From assembly GCA_039621445.1 (NCBI GenBank), contig CP154954.1, positions 18,710,642-18,774,641 on the forward strand: a DNA stretch of 64,000 nt, written 5' to 3'. Below are positions 60,754-64,000 of the stretch, one piece after another. This stretch comes from Euglena gracilis. Taxonomy: Eukaryota. The notes under the pieces were generated by a model. That model was given only the letters and a program-made list of their open reading frames with translations. It was not told where the DNA came from and did not search any database. A program made the position numbers and the translations under genes. Numbering within the stretch: position 1 is the first letter of the stretch; every line of letters begins with the position of its first letter.

Positions 60754-61111
60754 CGAAATGCTGGACCAAAACAAGCCGGCCCAGAATAGCCCGATAAATA
60801 GCCCAATGGATGGCCCAATTCATCCAACGTGAATGAAAATGGCCTAAAATGTCAAAAATAGTTCCAAAATGAAACAAATTAAACCAAATAGGCGACGTGG
60901 AAAAAGGTCTCAGCCAAAACAGCACGGCAATATTTGGCAGGATTTTGTTCTATCAATTTTTTCCCTACCACTTTTTCGGCAGCCAATCCCCCCCTGTCTG
61001 CGGGATTATACGGTCTGCAACCCCCCTGCGTGAGTCAAAAAAAAAACAACCCACCCTTTCGGACCCTCCCAGCCACAAATCGAGCAGGGACACGTTGCTG
61101 CAGCCGCCCAC

Positions 61112-61166
61112 CTCTGCTGTGGAGGGTCAGCGTCATGATGCTGCCGTGGAAGTGGCACTCCCCCAC
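61112..61166 (-). CDS. DDB1: DDB1 exon (5' boundary non-AG)
   Basis: VGECHFHGSIMTLTLHSR(G); GT donor at 61111. Confidence 0.85.
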
Positions 61167-61618
61167 ATGAAAGCACCGGGAGGGATGCAGTGCTTCGCCC
61201 CTTCGCATTGAGGCAGGGCTTTTCTTAAACAACCCCTGGGGGAGGTTCAGTCGGCTGGCTGGTTCGGACTGGACCCGGGGGGGGGGGGCAGACATTAACA
61301 AGATGTGCTCGATGCCTGGACCAGAGGACCAGGCATTTTTTTTTTCAAGACCCGGGGGGGACGGGGGTAAAAAAAAATGGCCAAAATGACATTTTGCATT
61401 ATTTGGGGGGGTTCACCTTAAAACTTTGGCCGGAAAATCCCAACCCAGCCGAGTTTTGGTTTATTTAGCCATGGTTCGGGCACCACTTGGGTCAAGCCGC
61501 CAGCGGGCTGAACCGGTTTTGCTGGGCTGGCCCCAACGTTATTTCAGCGGGGGGGGGGGGGGCACAGCCTGGCTAGGAGCTGCTGGCGGGAAAGAAGTGC
61601 TGGCTGGTCCCCTCCGGC

Positions 61619-61930
61619 CAGGGCGGTCCTTAAGCAAATAAAAAAAAAAAAACTCCGCCGTCCCAGCACACTCAGTGAAAAATACACCGGAAAATGGGCG
61701 AGAAATTTTGGCATTTTTCAGCGAGAGCAGGTCGACAAAAAAAATTGATTCCTGGCACCCTTGGGCCATCGTCCACCACCCAAATCATCAAAAACTGTGT
61801 TTTTCGACTGTTTAATTTTTGCCCCCGTTCAAGTCCCAGTCTGGCCCTTAGCCGGCCCTTTGGCCGAAAGGGGGGGCGGTCCTTAAGGAAATAAAAAAAA
61901 AAACTTTCCTGTCCCTTGAGGACCGCCCTG
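61619..61930. mobile_element. hAT-like MITE, family CAGGGCGGTCCTTAAG
   Basis: TIRs plus perfect TSD CCTCCGGC. Confidence 0.9.
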
Positions 61931-62084
61931 CCTCCGGCTGAAACAAACCAGTTGCATGTCATCCCTCGTCATCTTCCGCTGCGAACCGCTATGCAGCCCA
62001 ACCCTTCCATTCTTGTTCGGAAACACCTCTCTTACTTAGGCCAACTTCATTTTGGCGCAGAAGGGACAGTCAGGCGGTGCTGTC

Positions 62085-62150
62085 CTGTTCGTACTCCAGT
62101 GCCTTGTTCCCGTCCTGGTCCGTGCCGGGTTGCCATTTCCATAACTGCAC
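62085..62150 (-). CDS. DDB1: DDB1 exon (3' boundary uncertain; 62085 or 62097)
   Basis: ccacag|VQLWKWQPGTDQDGNKAL(EYEQ). Confidence 0.82.
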
Positions 62151-62309
62151 CTGTGGGGAGGAATGAGCCATCACCATCCTTGTGCAGAATTGTCCGTCTC
62201 ACTGCCAGCTTTCCTCAATCCGGAGAAATACGCAATCCCAATTCTCGTCAGCCGCAATTCACCTTCATTGGGTCCCAAACCAACAAAGGGTGCCGGAGGG
62301 TACACACAC

Positions 62310-62368
62310 ATTTGCATTGCAGCCTGACAGCAGCTTGCCATTGAAAGCACAAAGGCAGAAGCACGCCC
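62310..62368 (-). CDS. DDB1: DDB1 exon
   Basis: GACFCLCAFNGKLLSGCNAN; AG/GT borders. Confidence 0.9.
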
Positions 62369-62835
62369 CTGTAGCGGAGGAAACGATGGCTGGCATCCAT
62401 GCTAAGACCAGGGGAGGGGGAGGGGGAGTTCCTTCCCAGCCACCCACCGGACCACCTCCCCCGAGGGGTTTCCTCTATTTCTGGCGCGAAGAGCCAAAAT
62501 TTTTTGGTCTCTAAAATTGACCCATCAAAAGTTGACCCCAAAAGGTTGGTCCCATTTCCATTTGAGAGACCAAATAGTGAGAAAGAATGGTTTCCCATCA
62601 CTTTATCGTCATCATTTGTTGGCATTTGCATTTTAAATGGATGCAATAACCCCCAGATATAACCCAGGGATGGGATCTGATCTGATTTGTCAGCTTAAGG
62701 GGGGGGGGTAAAAGGTGGGGGGGAAGCAGGGCAAGGAATTGCTGGTCTGTAATCCAACCAATCATTCCATACAATTTGACAAAAATGAAAAGATCACCAA
62801 AAAAAAAACAATGCACAATGGACTGAATGATTCAC

Positions 62836-62943
62836 CTTTGATATCCTTCTCAGCTACCAGCAGCAAGCGACTATCCTTCACTTCGAACACCAGCAAACGG
62901 CCTCGGGAAGGCTCAGACTCTTCGGGCAAAACGTATGCAGTGC
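62836..62943 (-). CDS. DDB1: DDB1 exon
   Basis: GTAYVLPEESEPSRGRLLVFEVKDSRLLLVAEKDIK(G); AG/GT borders. Confidence 0.95.
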
Positions 62944-62961
62944 CTGAATATGCAGAGGCAC

Positions 62962-63070
62962 GTGTGTGTGCGCGCACGTGCATGCATGTGTGCGTGTGTG
63001 TGTGTGCGTGCGTGCGTGTGTGTGTGCGTGCATGCGTGCGTGCGTGCGTGCGTGCGCGCATGCACATGCA
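62962..63070. repeat. (TG/TGCG)n microsatellite, intronic
   Basis: Directly visible alternating purine-pyrimidine tract. Confidence 0.9.
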
Positions 63071-63789
63071 CAGGGGAAAATGGCTGAAAGAAATGACCAT
63101 TTATTGCAAAAACGGGTCGACTTTGGGGGGAAACCGTGACTTGCCAATGGTTGCTTTGATCTTAGGGGTAATAAAATAGGGTTGAATATTGACAAAAAAA
63201 AGCAAAAAAGCACATATGAGAGGGTAAAAGCATGTGTACATGGTGGTGTCCCAAACATGCCTCCGACAAAACGGAGCAGAAAGTTCAGCAGCAGAAAACC
63301 CAGCAGCAGAAAATCCAGCAGACAATTAGGGGGAGTTTCTCAATTCACCCTACATGTCCATAGGATGGGTACCCCCCCCCCTAATTGTCAACCCCCCCCT
63401 CCCATTAAGGGGGGGGGTCATATAGAGGGGGGAGGGTCACGTTACCCATTTCTGGTTTCCGGCTGGGTCCAGTTGGCAGCCGGCTGCCGCAGAAAATCCA
63501 GCAGCAGAAAAGTGGGGTCAGCAGTTCTGCTACATCAGCCAGCCCCAATGGAGTGTGAGGATCTGACTGTCATTGAAGAAAATCCTCCTCATGCAGCAGC
63601 AGAGCCAAGGTCCCCAGCAACTCCTCTCCCTTCACTTACACACCCCAACACCGCAAACTGCCGAAAAGCCACTAGAGAACAGAAAGTTCAGGAAGGCAAT
63701 CTGCCATTGAAAAGCCAGACAGAACCACTATTCGCACCATTTTTGGACCTGAGCATATCGCTGAAAGGTACCCGGCGTCGGTAACACAC

Positions 63790-63882
63790 CGACGACAATG
63801 TACTCCACATCGTCGCCGTCGAAGGTGGTGGTCAGGATGGAGACCCCGTTCTCGTTGGCGTCCAGCTGGTACGTATTGAGGC
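63790..63882 (-). CDS. DDB1: DDB1 exon (gene continues beyond the window)
   Basis: LNTYQLDANENGVSILTTTFDGDDVEYIVV(G); AG/GT borders. Confidence 0.9.
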
Positions 63883-64000
63883 CTGCGCGGCAGAACAGGG
63901 GTGCGAACCCCATTGGCTCGGACAGCGGAGGTGTGTGGCTGCGGGGAAGCCTGCTGCGCTTCCCCCTTCGCTCAAACCCCTCTGAGGCACGATGGGGAGC

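Overview
Eukaryotic, intron-rich nuclear DNA, most likely from a euglenid. Evidence for this: non-GT-AG introns with base-paired ends, single-hairpin AGA-box guide RNA candidates, and a C/D guide that fits a euglenozoan-type SSU rRNA variant. Two convergent protein genes flank a transposon-rich spacer. On + are the 3' exons of a fatty-acid beta-oxidation trifunctional enzyme alpha subunit (HADHA/FadJ-like, 280-25129). On - are the last 14 exons of DDB1 (63882-42179). The main finding is a 21.9-kb intron of the first gene (459-22353), filled almost entirely by a sense-strand tandem array of 20 units of about 895 bp. Each unit carries two well-formed box C/D snoRNAs and 1-3 single-hairpin AGA-box pseudouridylation-guide candidates. 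Two unrelated DNA transposons interrupt the array at nearly the same spacer position. The intergenic region holds a structurally complete DIRS1-type tyrosine-recombinase retrotransposon (ITRs, ICR, overlapping ORFs, DAM-like methylase domain) and decayed relatives. Many hAT-like MITEs with 7-8 bp TSDs, a foldback-like 162-bp repeat element and minisatellites fill the introns. Most short ORFs in the supplied track are spurious. All homology calls are by eye and have not been checked by database search.
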